From NCBI GenBank assembly GCA_040772725.1, contig JAXGXR010000002.1:411570-475569 (forward strand): a stretch of DNA of 64,000 bases, written 5' to 3'. The position numbers and the translations under genes were made by a program. Origin of the DNA: Clostridia bacterium. Its GTDB lineage: Bacteria; Bacillota; Clostridia; Saccharofermentanales; UBA5734. Below, one piece after another: positions 25,267 through 35,000 of this stretch. The notes beneath the pieces were generated by a model. The model saw nothing but the letters and a program-made list of their open reading frames with translations. It ran no database searches and was not told the origin of the DNA. Every line of letters begins with the position of its first letter. Positions within the stretch are counted from its first letter, which is position 1.

Positions 25267-25923
25267 ATGGCCCTGTTCGATGAAAACACCACCAAACAGC
25301 TGACCGAGATCCTCTCCATGATGAAAGAAGATGTCGAACTGCTCTACTTCACGCAGGAGATTGAATGCCCCACCTGCAAGGATGGCCACAGCTTCGTCAG
25401 CGAGATCGCGGCCCTGAACAGCAAGATCCGGCTCAAGGCCTACACGCTGGTCAAGGACCACGAAGTCGCTGAGCAGTACCAGATCGACAAGATTCCGGCC
25501 ATCGCCGTGCTCGACAAGGATGGAAAGGACACACGTGTCCGTTTCTTCGGCATTCCGGCCGGCTATGAGATCAACTCATTTTTAGGTTCGATTCTGGAGA
25601 CCTCCAGCCAGATCACGAAGATTCCACCGGAAATTCAGGAGCGGATCGACAAAATCGACCATGATGTCCACATCCAGGTCTTTGTCTCGCTCGGCTGCCC
25701 GCATTGCCCCGACGCGGTGTCGGCCGCCCACCTGCTGGCCATGCAGAACAGCCATGTCCGCGCGGACATGGTTGAGACGAGCACGTTCCCCCATCTGGCA
25801 GTCAAATACAATGTCAGCGGCGTGCCCAAGGCTGTCTTCAACGACAAGATCGAATTTGTCGGAGCCCAGCCGGTCATGACGTTCCTGGATGTCATTGAGG
25901 AGCTCGGCAAACAGGCCACCTGA
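25267..25923 (+). CDS. glutaredoxin-like double-thioredoxin-fold protein disulfide oxidoreductase (AhpF N-terminal-like)
   Basis: Two thioredoxin-fold halves with CPTCKD and CPHCPDAV motifs. 218 aa, directly downstream of the reductase. Confidence 0.8.
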   Translation: MALFDENTTKQLTEILSMMKEDVELLYFTQEIECPTCKDGHSFVSEIAALNSKIRLKAYTLVKDHEVAEQYQIDKIPAIAVLDKDGKDTRVRFFGIPAGYEINSFLGSILETSSQITKIPPEIQERIDKIDHDVHIQVFVSLGCPHCPDAVSAAHLLAMQNSHVRADMVETSTFPHLAVKYNVSGVPKAVFNDKIEFVGAQPVMTFLDVIEELGKQAT

Positions 25924-25950
25924 GCGAAAAACATCAATCTGCCCCAAAAA

Positions 25951-25978
25951 GACCGCTTGTAAAGAGTGGTCTTTTTTT
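25951..25978 (+). terminator. rho-independent terminator
   Basis: GACCGCT-tgtaaag-AGTGGTC followed by TTTTTTT. Confidence 0.75.
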
Positions 25979-26050
25979 CGCGGGTGTTGTTCACCAATTT
26001 GCCATAAAAACATCAAACATTTTCCTGAAAAAGCGAGTATGATAAGAATT

Positions 26051-26073
26051 GACTGACTGACCGGCAGTCAGTC
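26051..26073. promoter_or_regulatory. 9-bp perfect inverted repeat, candidate operator of the ABC transporter operon
   Basis: GACTGACTG-ACCGG-CAGTCAGTC, 30 nt upstream of ATG 26103 and just downstream of a TATGAT -10-like hexamer. Confidence 0.4.
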
Positions 26074-26102
26074 GAATTTCCAGACAAAGCGGGTGACCTT
26101 GA

Positions 26103-26804
26103 ATGGGCTATATCGAACTCAATGATGTTCAAAAACGATACAAGATGGGTGAACTGACGATCACCGCGGTTGACGGGGTCAGTTTCGAGATCGAGAAGGG
26201 GGATTTTGCCGTCGTGGTTGGCGCATCCGGCGCAGGCAAGACGACCGTGCTCAACATTCTGGGCGGCATGGACAAGCTGGACGGGGGCGCGGTCCACATC
26301 GATGGTGAAGACATCAGCGCCTATTCGGACAAGCTGCTGACCGAGTACCGCCGGTATGAGATTGGCTTTGTCTTCCAGTTCTACAATCTGGTCCAGAATC
26401 TGACCGCTCGCGAGAACGTCGAACTGGCTTCCCAGATCAGCAAAAATCCGTTGGACGTGGACCAGGTGCTCGAGCAGGTCGGTCTGAAAGACCGCAAGGA
26501 CAATTTTCCGTCGCAGCTTTCGGGTGGTGAGCAGCAGCGGGTCGCGATCGCGCGTGCCCTGGCCAAGAACCCCAAGCTGTTGCTTTGCGACGAGCCAACC
26601 GGCGCATTGGACTACCAGACGGGGAAATCGATCCTCAAACTGCTGCAGGACACCTGCCGCACCACTGGCATGACCGTCGTCGTCATCACACACAACGCGG
26701 CCCTGACAGCCATGGCTGACAAGGTGATCCGCATGAAAAGCGGAAAAGTGTCTGAATTCACGGTCAACGCGAATCCGTTGCCGGTCGAAAGGATCGAGTG
26801 GTGA
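26103..26804 (+). CDS. ABC transporter ATP-binding protein (MacB/FtsE-like)
   Basis: Walker [10 protein letters not shown], the [15 protein letters not shown] signature and Walker [13 protein letters not shown]. Confidence 0.93.
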   Translation: MGYIELNDVQKRYKMGELTITAVDGVSFEIEKGDFAVVVGASGAGKTTVLNILGGMDKLDGGAVHIDGEDISAYSDKLLTEYRRYEIGFVFQFYNLVQNLTARENVELASQISKNPLDVDQVLEQVGLKDRKDNFPSQLSGGEQQRVAIARALAKNPKLLLCDEPTGALDYQTGKSILKLLQDTCRTTGMTVVVITHNAALTAMADKVIRMKSGKVSEFTVNANPLPVERIEW

Positions 26805-29800
26805 TGGCCAAAAAATCCTTTGGCAAGGACATCCGACGGTCCATTTTGAAATCACGGGCACGATTTCTGTCGATCATGGCGATCATCGCGCTCGGGGTCG
26901 GTTTTTTCGCGGGCATCAACGCGTCGGAACCGGACATGATCCTGTCGGCCGACCGTTATTACAAAGACAGCCGTCTGGCTGATTTTCGACTGGTCTCTCC
27001 GCTGGGCTTCAAGCCGGAAGACATCGAAGCGGTCAGGCAAACGACCGGAGTGGAGACGATCCAGGAAGGATTCATGAAGGATGTTTTCCTGATCAGCGAC
27101 ACCGGAACGACAGCGACGGCTCGGCTGTTCAGCTATGACGCAGCCGATTACGTCACGAACACAGGGCTTTCGGTTCCCCAGCTCAAGGAGGGGCGTTTGC
27201 CGGAAAACTCCGGTGAGATCGCGATCGAAACCGGATTCGGCGTGCCGCCGGAGATCGGGCTGGGCAGTCAGGTCAAGGTGTTCCTGCCGGAGGGGGAGAT
27301 TCTCCAGGACAGTCTGGCGACAGACACCTATACGGTCGTGGGTCGGATCACTTCCCCGATGTATCTTGACTTTGAACGTGGCCAGACCAATATCGGTGAT
27401 GGATCGGTCAGTTTCTTCGCGTACATAGCAGAGGTCGATTTTGTCATGGACAAGGTGACCGACGTGTTTGTGCGGACAACCGACACTCAGCGATTGACCG
27501 CCTATTCCGAAGCATACAAAGCGCATCTCGATCCGATCACAACACAGTTCGAGTCGCTTGGCGACAGGGCGATCGGTGCCGAAACCAAACTTCTGCGCGA
27601 TGAACTGAACGAGGGCAAGGAAGAACTCAAGCAGAACAAGGAAAAGGCGGAGCGCGAGCTGGCGGACGCGGAAAAGCAGCTTGTGGACGCCGAACGCGAG
27701 ATCGAGGACGGGGAAAGGGAACTTGCCGAGAACGAGGCGAAATACACGCGCGAACTCGAGGACAAGCGGGTGCTTCTGGAGAAAGGGCGAGCAGAACTGA
27801 ACGCGGGCCTGATGAAGTATTTCGAAGGCTACACAACATGGCTCGAGGGATACATCGCCTACCTGGATGGCCGTGACCAGCTGAACGTCTCGAAACAGCA
27901 ACTGGACGACGCGAAGGTCCAGATCGAGCAGGGTGAAAAAGACCTGGCTGAGGCAAAGATCCAGCTTGACGCGGCCAAGGTGATGCTCGACACGTTGAAA
28001 GCCACGCTGGATAGCTTGAAAAAGACACGCGACGCCTTGCCGACCGATGGCACTGGACTGAGCCAGGATGCTTTTGACAGCCTGATCGCCGAACTTCGCA
28101 AGACTTCGCCGGAGCTGGCCGACGCGCTGACGGAGCGGTTCGTCCCCGATGATCCGGGCCAGACCGCCCAACTTGGCCTGGCCCTTGAGATTTCCATCAT
28201 CCAGATGGAACAGACCTATGATGTCCAGAAAAGACAATATGATGATGGCCTGGCCCAGTATCAGGAAGGGGTCGCCGAACTTGCCAAAGGCAAACGGGAA
28301 TACGAAAGCGGTCTGGCCCAGTACAATTCGGGTCTGGCCACCCTGAACCGGTCCAAGGTCGAGTTGGATCGCGGCAAGGTTGAATTGGACAAGGCCAAGC
28401 AGACGTTGGCGTCGAGTGAGGCGAAACTGACAGCCGGCGAGGCCCAACTGACAAAGGGCGAGCAGGACCTCATCCGTGAACTCGAGGAAGGCCGTCAGAA
28501 ACTGGCACAGGCACGCGTCGACCTGGCGGAGGGCCGGGCCACCTTCGAGGCAGAAAAGGCTGACGCGCTGGCCCAGATCGCGGATGCCGAGGAAAAGATC
28601 CGGGACGCGGAACGCAAGATCATCGAGATCCCGGATTCCTGGTTCGTCCTGACGCGGGATGGCAACCCGGGGTATTCGAGCTATGGCGATGATGCCCGGC
28701 GCATCGGCGCGGTGGCCAAGGTTTTCCCACTGTTCTTCTTCCTCGTGGCCGCGCTCGTCTGTCTGACCACCATGACGCGGATGGTGGAGGAAGAACGGGT
28801 CCAGATCGGGACGCTGAAGGCGCTGGGCTACAGCTCGCTGGCCATTTCCGCAAAATACCTGATCTACGCGTTGGCGGCCAGCCTGGTCGGGGCTTTCATC
28901 GGTCTGGCGGTCGGGTTCCGGCTTTTCCCGGGACTTGTGATGAACGCCTATGGCATGATGTACCAGATTCCCGTCCGATTGACGCCGGATCATCTCGACT
29001 ACGCGTTGATCTCCATTTTACTGGCTGTCGTGACCACGGTCTCGGCCGCCCTGGGAGCCACTTTGCAGGAACTGCGGGCGCACCCGGCTGTCCTGATGCA
29101 GCCCAAGGCGCCAAAACCGGGCAAACGGATCATGCTTGAACGGATCAAGCCATTGTGGAGACGACTGTCCTTTTCGCACAAGGTGACAGCCCGCAACATT
29201 TTCAGGTACAAACAGCGTTTCCTCATGACGGCGATCGGCATCGCCGGCTGTACGGCCCTGCTGGTGACGGGGTTCGGCCTGAGAGACTCCATCAACGCCA
29301 TCATGGACAAGCAGTTCGGCGAAATTTTCCTATATGATGGCCTGGTCGTGACCAATACGGACAAAGAACCGGCAAAACGCGATCTGGCGGTCATTCTGGG
29401 TGCGGATGACCAGGTCAAGGACTACACGCCGGTCCTGAGCGAAACGGTCAGCACCCTGAAGTCCGGGTCAAGCCGGACTTTCGAGGCCAACCTGATCGTA
29501 CCGGATGACGCGGACGCGTTCAGGGCCTTTTATGACCTGCATGAGCGTGTTTCCAGAGAGCCGCTGCTCCTGCCCGACGAAGGGGCGATCATTTCGGAAA
29601 AACTTGCTGGCTTGCTGGATATCAAGGTGGGTGGCGATCTGACCTATCGGGATACAGAAAACCGCACGTATACGGTTCGTGTGGCCGGTATCGCTGAAAA
29701 CTATCTGACCCATTACATTTACCTGTCACCAAGGGCTTTCGATCGCCTGACGTTCCGGACCCCTGTGTTCAACACGGCGGTCTTCAATGTGGAAGATCCC

Positions 29801-30313
29801 GACAGGATTGACGAAAAAGCTTTCAAGGAGAGGTTGCTCAGTCATGAAGGGGTCCAGGCCACCCTGTTCACCCAGGGCATCGCGGACGACTTCGGGAAAA
29901 CGATCAAGAGCCTCAATCTGGTCGTGCTCGTCCTGATCCTGTCAGCCGGGGCCCTGGCCTTTGTCGTGCTTTACAACCTGACCAACATCAACATCACGGA
30001 GCGGATCCGCGAGATCGCCACGATCAAGGTGCTTGGTTTCCGGGACAAGGAGGTCTCCGCCTATGTCTACCGGGAGAATGTCATCCTGACCCTGATCGGA
30101 ACATTGGGTGGACTGGCGCTCGGCTTTGTCCTCCATCGCTTCGTCATGGGCACCATGGAGATCGACAACATGATGTTCGGCAAGAACGTCCAATGGATCA
30201 GCTATCTGCTGTCCGCCGTACTGACCATGGCCTTCACGGTGATCGTCAACCTGGTCATGTTCCGACAACTGCAGAAGATCAACATGGTCGAATCACTGAA
30301 AGCGATCGAATGA
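26804..30313 (+). CDS. FtsX/MacB-type ABC permease with two FtsX domains and a ~350-aa coiled-coil ectodomain
   Basis: ~1170 aa. It has an N-terminal TM helix, a MacB-type periplasmic core, a long heptad-rich E/K/A/L segment, then 3 TM helices, a second ectodomain and 3 C-terminal TM helices (ERIREIATIKVLGF motif). The ATG overlaps the ATPase stop. Confidence 0.88.
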   Translation: MAKKSFGKDIRRSILKSRARFLSIMAIIALGVGFFAGINASEPDMILSADRYYKDSRLADFRLVSPLGFKPEDIEAVRQTTGVETIQEGFMKDVFLISDTGTTATARLFSYDAADYVTNTGLSVPQLKEGRLPENSGEIAIETGFGVPPEIGLGSQVKVFLPEGEILQDSLATDTYTVVGRITSPMYLDFERGQTNIGDGSVSFFAYIAEVDFVMDKVTDVFVRTTDTQRLTAYSEAYKAHLDPITTQFESLGDRAIGAETKLLRDELNEGKEELKQNKEKAERELADAEKQLVDAEREIEDGERELAENEAKYTRELEDKRVLLEKGRAELNAGLMKYFEGYTTWLEGYIAYLDGRDQLNVSKQQLDDAKVQIEQGEKDLAEAKIQLDAAKVMLDTLKATLDSLKKTRDALPTDGTGLSQDAFDSLIAELRKTSPELADALTERFVPDDPGQTAQLGLALEISIIQMEQTYDVQKRQYDDGLAQYQEGVAELAKGKREYESGLAQYNSGLATLNRSKVELDRGKVELDKAKQTLASSEAKLTAGEAQLTKGEQDLIRELEEGRQKLAQARVDLAEGRATFEAEKADALAQIADAEEKIRDAERKIIEIPDSWFVLTRDGNPGYSSYGDDARRIGAVAKVFPLFFFLVAALVCLTTMTRMVEEERVQIGTLKALGYSSLAISAKYLIYALAASLVGAFIGLAVGFRLFPGLVMNAYGMMYQIPVRLTPDHLDYALISILLAVVTTVSAALGATLQELRAHPAVLMQPKAPKPGKRIMLERIKPLWRRLSFSHKVTARNIFRYKQRFLMTAIGIAGCTALLVTGFGLRDSINAIMDKQFGEIFLYDGLVVTNTDKEPAKRDLAVILGADDQVKDYTPVLSETVSTLKSGSSRTFEANLIVPDDADAFRAFYDLHERVSREPLLLPDEGAIISEKLAGLLDIKVGGDLTYRDTENRTYTVRVAGIAENYLTHYIYLSPRAFDRLTFRTPVFNTAVFNVEDPDRIDEKAFKERLLSHEGVQATLFTQGIADDFGKTIKSLNLVVLVLILSAGALAFVVLYNLTNINITERIREIATIKVLGFRDKEVSAYVYRENVILTLIGTLGGLALGFVLHRFVMGTMEIDNMMFGKNVQWISYLLSAVLTMAFTVIVNLVMFRQLQKINMVESLKAIE

Positions 30314-30320
30314 TGAAGAA

Positions 30321-30381
30321 GTGCCGATTCCGATCTGGTGTCAGATTCCGATCTGGTGCCAGGCACCAGATCGGAATCTGA
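30321..30381. repeat. palindromic element, copy A (perfect 20-1-20 palindrome plus an extra direct half-copy)
   Basis: TCAGATTCCGATCTGGTGCC-A-GGCACCAGATCGGAATCTGA at 30341-30381. GATTCCGATCTGGTG is repeated at 30326-30340. Confidence 0.9.
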
Positions 30382-30414
30382 CAGGCGCTTACCCACCGGA
30401 AGTGGAGGACAGAC

Positions 30415-31002
30415 ATGCGAATCACCAAGAGTCCGGAAGACAGACGGCAGGAAATCATCGACACCGCCCGCGCCCTGTTCGAGGAACGCGGGATACCGGA
30501 CACGTCGATCACGGAAATAGCCGGACAGATCGGCGTGGCCAAGGGGCTTGTCTATTATTATTTCTCGTCCAAGGATAGCCTGGCCGAAGCTGTGATCGAG
30601 CAATTGATCTCTGGAATCAACGAGCAGCTGCTGGCGATTGTCAACCGGCCGGGCTTGGACATACCGGGTAAACTGACCGCGATACTGGACGCATTTTTGA
30701 AGACGATCCAGCACCATCCGGCAATCCTGTCACAGCAGGACAAGCCCGGTCTGGCCACCGCGATCCGGGAACGGCTTTATACGATCGCACAGGCCCATGC
30801 CGGGTCACTGCTCAAGGATGCGCACCGGCAAGGCCTCATACAGATCGACTACCCGGAATACATGCTCCAGATACTGGTTCGCGGGCTGGGCGAACTCTAC
30901 ATGGCCGGCGTGCATGAGCCCGAGATCCACACGGTACTGATCGAACAGACGCTCGGACTGGAACGGGGGCGTTTGCCGCGACTGGACGGTCAGCTGTCCT
31001 GA
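30415..31002 (+). CDS. TetR/AcrR-family transcriptional regulator
   Basis: N-terminal HTH RRQEIIDTARALFEERGIPDTSITEIAGQIGVAKGLVYYYFSSKD. GGAGGA RBS. Confidence 0.92.
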   Translation: MRITKSPEDRRQEIIDTARALFEERGIPDTSITEIAGQIGVAKGLVYYYFSSKDSLAEAVIEQLISGINEQLLAIVNRPGLDIPGKLTAILDAFLKTIQHHPAILSQQDKPGLATAIRERLYTIAQAHAGSLLKDAHRQGLIQIDYPEYMLQILVRGLGELYMAGVHEPEIHTVLIEQTLGLERGRLPRLDGQLS

Positions 31003-31916
31003 CCCATCTGTTCGCGGGCCCGGATGAGGTGATACAGCATTTCGTTGACCGGCGTCTGGACGCCGTGCTCTTTTCCCAGCCGGATCATCGTGCCGGCCAG
31101 CATGTCAACTTCGGTCGGCCGTCCACCAAGAACATCATCCATCATTGATGTGTACCCGTCCGGGTTCATGCCCGACAGGATCTGGCGCCAGCGCTCGATG
31201 TCCGCTTCACCAAGCGTGACACCGATCTTTTCCGCCAGACGGACGACTTCCCACATGGCCAGCTCGGCGACTGTTTCCGCATCCGGTATGTCACGGAATG
31301 TGCGGTACCTGGCCATCAGCGCCACGGACGCCTGATTGATGCCGACATTGACCATGAACTTGAACCAGAGAGTGTGTAGCATATCCTCAGGCACATCATA
31401 TGCGATACCGGACAGGTCGAACAGCCGGGCCGTTGACTTGACCTTGTCTGACCAGTCTTTGTTGTCGGCTTCACCAAAAGCGATCGTGCCACTGTTGACG
31501 AACCGGATCTGGTTGCGGTCGCGATTGCCATCAATGCCGATGACGACGCCGTAAAGCACCTTGTGCATCCCGAAAGCCGCGCCGAGCATCTCTTCGCTGG
31601 TGATGCCGTTCATCACGGAGAGGATGACGGTCTCGTCCCCGACAAATGGACGCATGCTTTCAATCGCGTCTTCCAGTCCATATTGCTTGACGGCGACGAT
31701 GATCAGGTCGGCCGTTCCGTCCGGATGGTCCGGGTCCGCGTACCGGAAATCATAACGCTGCCCATTGATGACAATCCCGTTTTTCTGATATCGTTGCAGG
31801 CGATCGCCGCCGGCGAGCACCCGAAGGCAATCCCTGTTCCAGTTGTGAAGCCGCATGGCAACCACCGCGCCAACAGCGCCAACCCCGACCAGCAGGACAT
31901 TCTTGATTTCTTTCAT
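30990..31916 (-). CDS. panE: 2-dehydropantoate 2-reductase (ketopantoate reductase family)
   Basis: MKEIKNVLLVGVGAVGAVVA Rossmann start and ApbA/PanE-like N- and C-domains (TSMMDDVLGGRPTEVD). Confidence 0.8.
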   Translation of the reverse strand: MKEIKNVLLVGVGAVGAVVAMRLHNWNRDCLRVLAGGDRLQRYQKNGIVINGQRYDFRYADPDHPDGTADLIIVAVKQYGLEDAIESMRPFVGDETVILSVMNGITSEEMLGAAFGMHKVLYGVVIGIDGNRDRNQIRFVNSGTIAFGEADNKDWSDKVKSTARLFDLSGIAYDVPEDMLHTLWFKFMVNVGINQASVALMARYRTFRDIPDAETVAELAMWEVVRLAEKIGVTLGEADIERWRQILSGMNPDGYTSMMDDVLGGRPTEVDMLAGTMIRLGKEHGVQTPVNEMLYHLIRAREQMGQDS

Positions 31917-32030
31917 GACGATTTCCCCCTTGAAAAAGTTATGAAAAGCATACGGCATTTTCCGAAAAATTTCACCGTTCAGAACGGCTGATATCAGAAA
32001 ATGATCGGATCATCCCGAAAAATGGCAGGA

Positions 32031-35000
32031 TTATCCCTGGATGGCAGCGTGATACTCCTGCAGCGATTTGACGGTCGATCCAGGCGCGACGATCGTCTGG
32101 AACGCCGCGATGCCACGGGCACTGGCCAGGGCGGCGGTCATGGTCGTGATGTAGGGCACCTTGTATCGGATCGCCGCCTTGCGGATGTAGGAGTCGTCGA
32201 ATTCACTGAGCTTGCCGGCCGGTGTATTGATGACAAGCTGGATCTCCTTGTTGGTGATCCCGTCCGCGATGTCCGGACGTCCCTCGTGCCGTTTGTTGAT
32301 CACTTCAGCGTCGATGCCGTTATCAGCCAGGAATTTCTGTGTGCCGCGCGTCGCCTTGAGCTTGAAACCGATGGACGCGAACAGCCGTGCGGCTTCCAGA
32401 GCATCCGCCTTGTCGTAGTCGTTGACGCTGATCAGCACGGTTCCACTCGTCGGCAGCGTGGCCTGGGCGGCTTCCTCCGCTTTGAAGAATGCCAGCTCGA
32501 AGGAGTCGGCCATGCCGAGCACTTCGCCCGTGGACCGCATTTCCGGACCCAGGATCGGGTCGACCTCGGGGAACATGTTGAAAGGGAATACCGATTCCTT
32601 GACACCAAAATGGGGAATCGGCCGGTTTTCGAGCCCGCTGAGCGAAGATGGGCGGTTTTCGGCGGCTGCCATGACCAGCTCGGTCGCGATTCGCGCCATC
32701 GAGATGTTGCAGACTTTTGAGACCAGCGGCACGGTTCGGGATGCACGCGGATTGGCCTCGAGCACATAGACCCGGTCGTCGGCGATGGCATACTGCATGT
32801 TCATCAGGCCTACGACGTTCAAGGCCTTGGCGATCTTTTTCGTATAGTCGACAATCGTGGCCAGATGCTTTTCGGAAATGCTGACGGGCGGGATGACGCA
32901 GGCGGAGTCGCCGGAATGGATGCCGGCGAATTCGATGTGCTCCATGACCGTCGGCACGAACGCGTCCTGCCCGTTGGCGATGGCATCGGCCTCGCATTCG
33001 AGCGCATGGCCGAGGAAACGGTCGATCAGGATCGGCCGGTCCGGGGTGACGCCGACGGCGGCTGCCATGTATTGGCGCAGCATCGCCTCATCGTGCACGA
33101 TCTCCATGCCGCGTCCGCCCAGGACATAGGAAGGGCGGACCATCAGGGGATACCCGATGTCACTGGCAATGGTGACTGCTTCTTCGACGTTGACCGCCAT
33201 GCCGGATTGCGGCATCGGGATTTCAAGCGCGTCCATGATCGCCCGGAAGCGGTCGCGGTCTTCAGCCAGATCGATGGTGTCCGGCGTGGTGCCCAGGATC
33301 CGGACACCCTCGGCCGCCAACTCGTTGGCGATATTGAGCGGTGTCTGCCCGCCAAATTGCACGATGACGCCGAGTGGCTGCTCTTTTTCGTAGATGCTGA
33401 GCACATCCTCGACCGTGAGTGGCTCGAAATAGAGTTTGTCAGACGTGTCGTAATCGGTGGAGACAGTCTCCGGGTTGCAATTGACGATCACGGACTCGTA
33501 GCCGAGGTCGCGCAAGGTGAAGGCAGTATGCACACAGCAGTAGTCAAACTCGATTCCCTGGCCGATCCGGTTCGGACCACCACCGAGGATCATGACCTTT
33601 TTACGGTTGCTGACCGGAGCCTGGTCGGGCGCATTGTAGGTCGAAAAATAATAGGCCGCGTTCTCGACGCCGCTGACCGGAACGGCTTCCCAGCCCTCGA
33701 CGACACCAAGCGCCATCCGCTGGCGGCGGACCTGGGCCTCCGGCACCCCCAGGATCTGGCCCAGGTATTTGTCGGCAAAGCCACTTTTCTTGGCTTCGAC
33801 AAGCAGCGCGTCAGGCAGGCTGGATCCCTTGCAGGCCAGGATCTGTTCCTCAAGGTCGACCAGTTCCTTCATCTGCTTCAGAAAATACGGCTTGATGTAA
33901 GTCAGTTTGTAAAGCTGGTCAATCTCGGCGCCTTTGCGCAGCGCTTCATAGAGGATGAACTGGCGTTCGCTGGTCGGCTCGACCAGCATGGCCATCAGTT
34001 CGCCGAGCGACAATTTGTTGAAGTCCTTGGCGAAGCCGAGGCCGTAACGCCCGATTTCCAGCGAGCGGATCGCCTTCTGCAGGGCCTCTTTGTAATTCTT
34101 GCCGATGCTCATGACCTCGCCGACCGCCCGCATCTGGGTCCCCAGCTTGTCCTCGACGCCCTTGAACTTCTCAAAGGCCCAGCGGGCGAACTTGATCACG
34201 ACATAATCACCGGAGGGCGTGTATTTGTCCAGGGTTCCGTCACGCCAGTACGGGATCTCGTCCAGCGTCAGGCCGGCCGCCAGCATGGCGGATACGAGGG
34301 CGATGGGGAAGCCGGTCGCTTTGGAGGCCAGGGCGGACGAACGGGAAGTCCGGGGATTGATCTCGATGATGACGACACGGCCACTTTTCGGATCATGCGC
34401 GAACTGGACATTCGTGCCGCCGATGACCTCGATCGCCTCGACGACCGAGTAGGCGTATTGCTGGAGCCTTTGCTGCAGCGTCGGGCTGATGGTCAGCATC
34501 GGGGCGGAGCAGAAGGAATCACCGGTATGCACGCCGATCGCGTCGATGTTTTCGATGAAGCAGACGGTGATCATCTGGTTCTTCGCGTCACGCACGACCT
34601 CGAGCTCCAGTTCTTCCCATCCAAGGACGGACTCCTCGACCAGGATCTGACCGACCAGGCTGGCGGCGATGCCGCGCTGGGCGATGATGCGCAGTTCCTC
34701 GACGTTGTAGACCAGGCCGCCACCCGTTCCACCCATGGTGTAGGCCGGCCGGATGACGACCGGGTAGCCCAGGTTGGCCGCGATCAGCTCCGCCTCGTCG
34801 ACGCTGTAGGCCGGCTCGCTGCGCGGCATCTCGATGCCCAGGCGCGCCATGGTCTCCTTGAAGGCGATCCGGTCCTCGCCGCGTTCGATCGCGTCGATCT
34901 GGACGCCGATCACTTTCACGCCATATTTATCCAGGACACCTTCCCGGCTCAGCTCGGAGCAGAGGTTCAGGGCGGACTGGCCGCCGAGATTGGGCAGCAC

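Noticed and set aside
26852-28993. 713-aa ORF antisense to the ABC permease gene. Similar long antisense ORFs occur at 32865..35171 (768 aa, opposite carB), 13932..15173 (opposite serS), 12726..13787, 24204..25319, 44882..46171, 43805..44620, 1867..2691, 5649..6620 and 16618..17502.
   Set aside because: These are shadow ORFs typical of GC-rich DNA. Their translations are low-complexity and R/G/D/Q/H-rich with no motifs, whereas the opposite strand in each case encodes a protein with unmistakable family signatures and a proper RBS.
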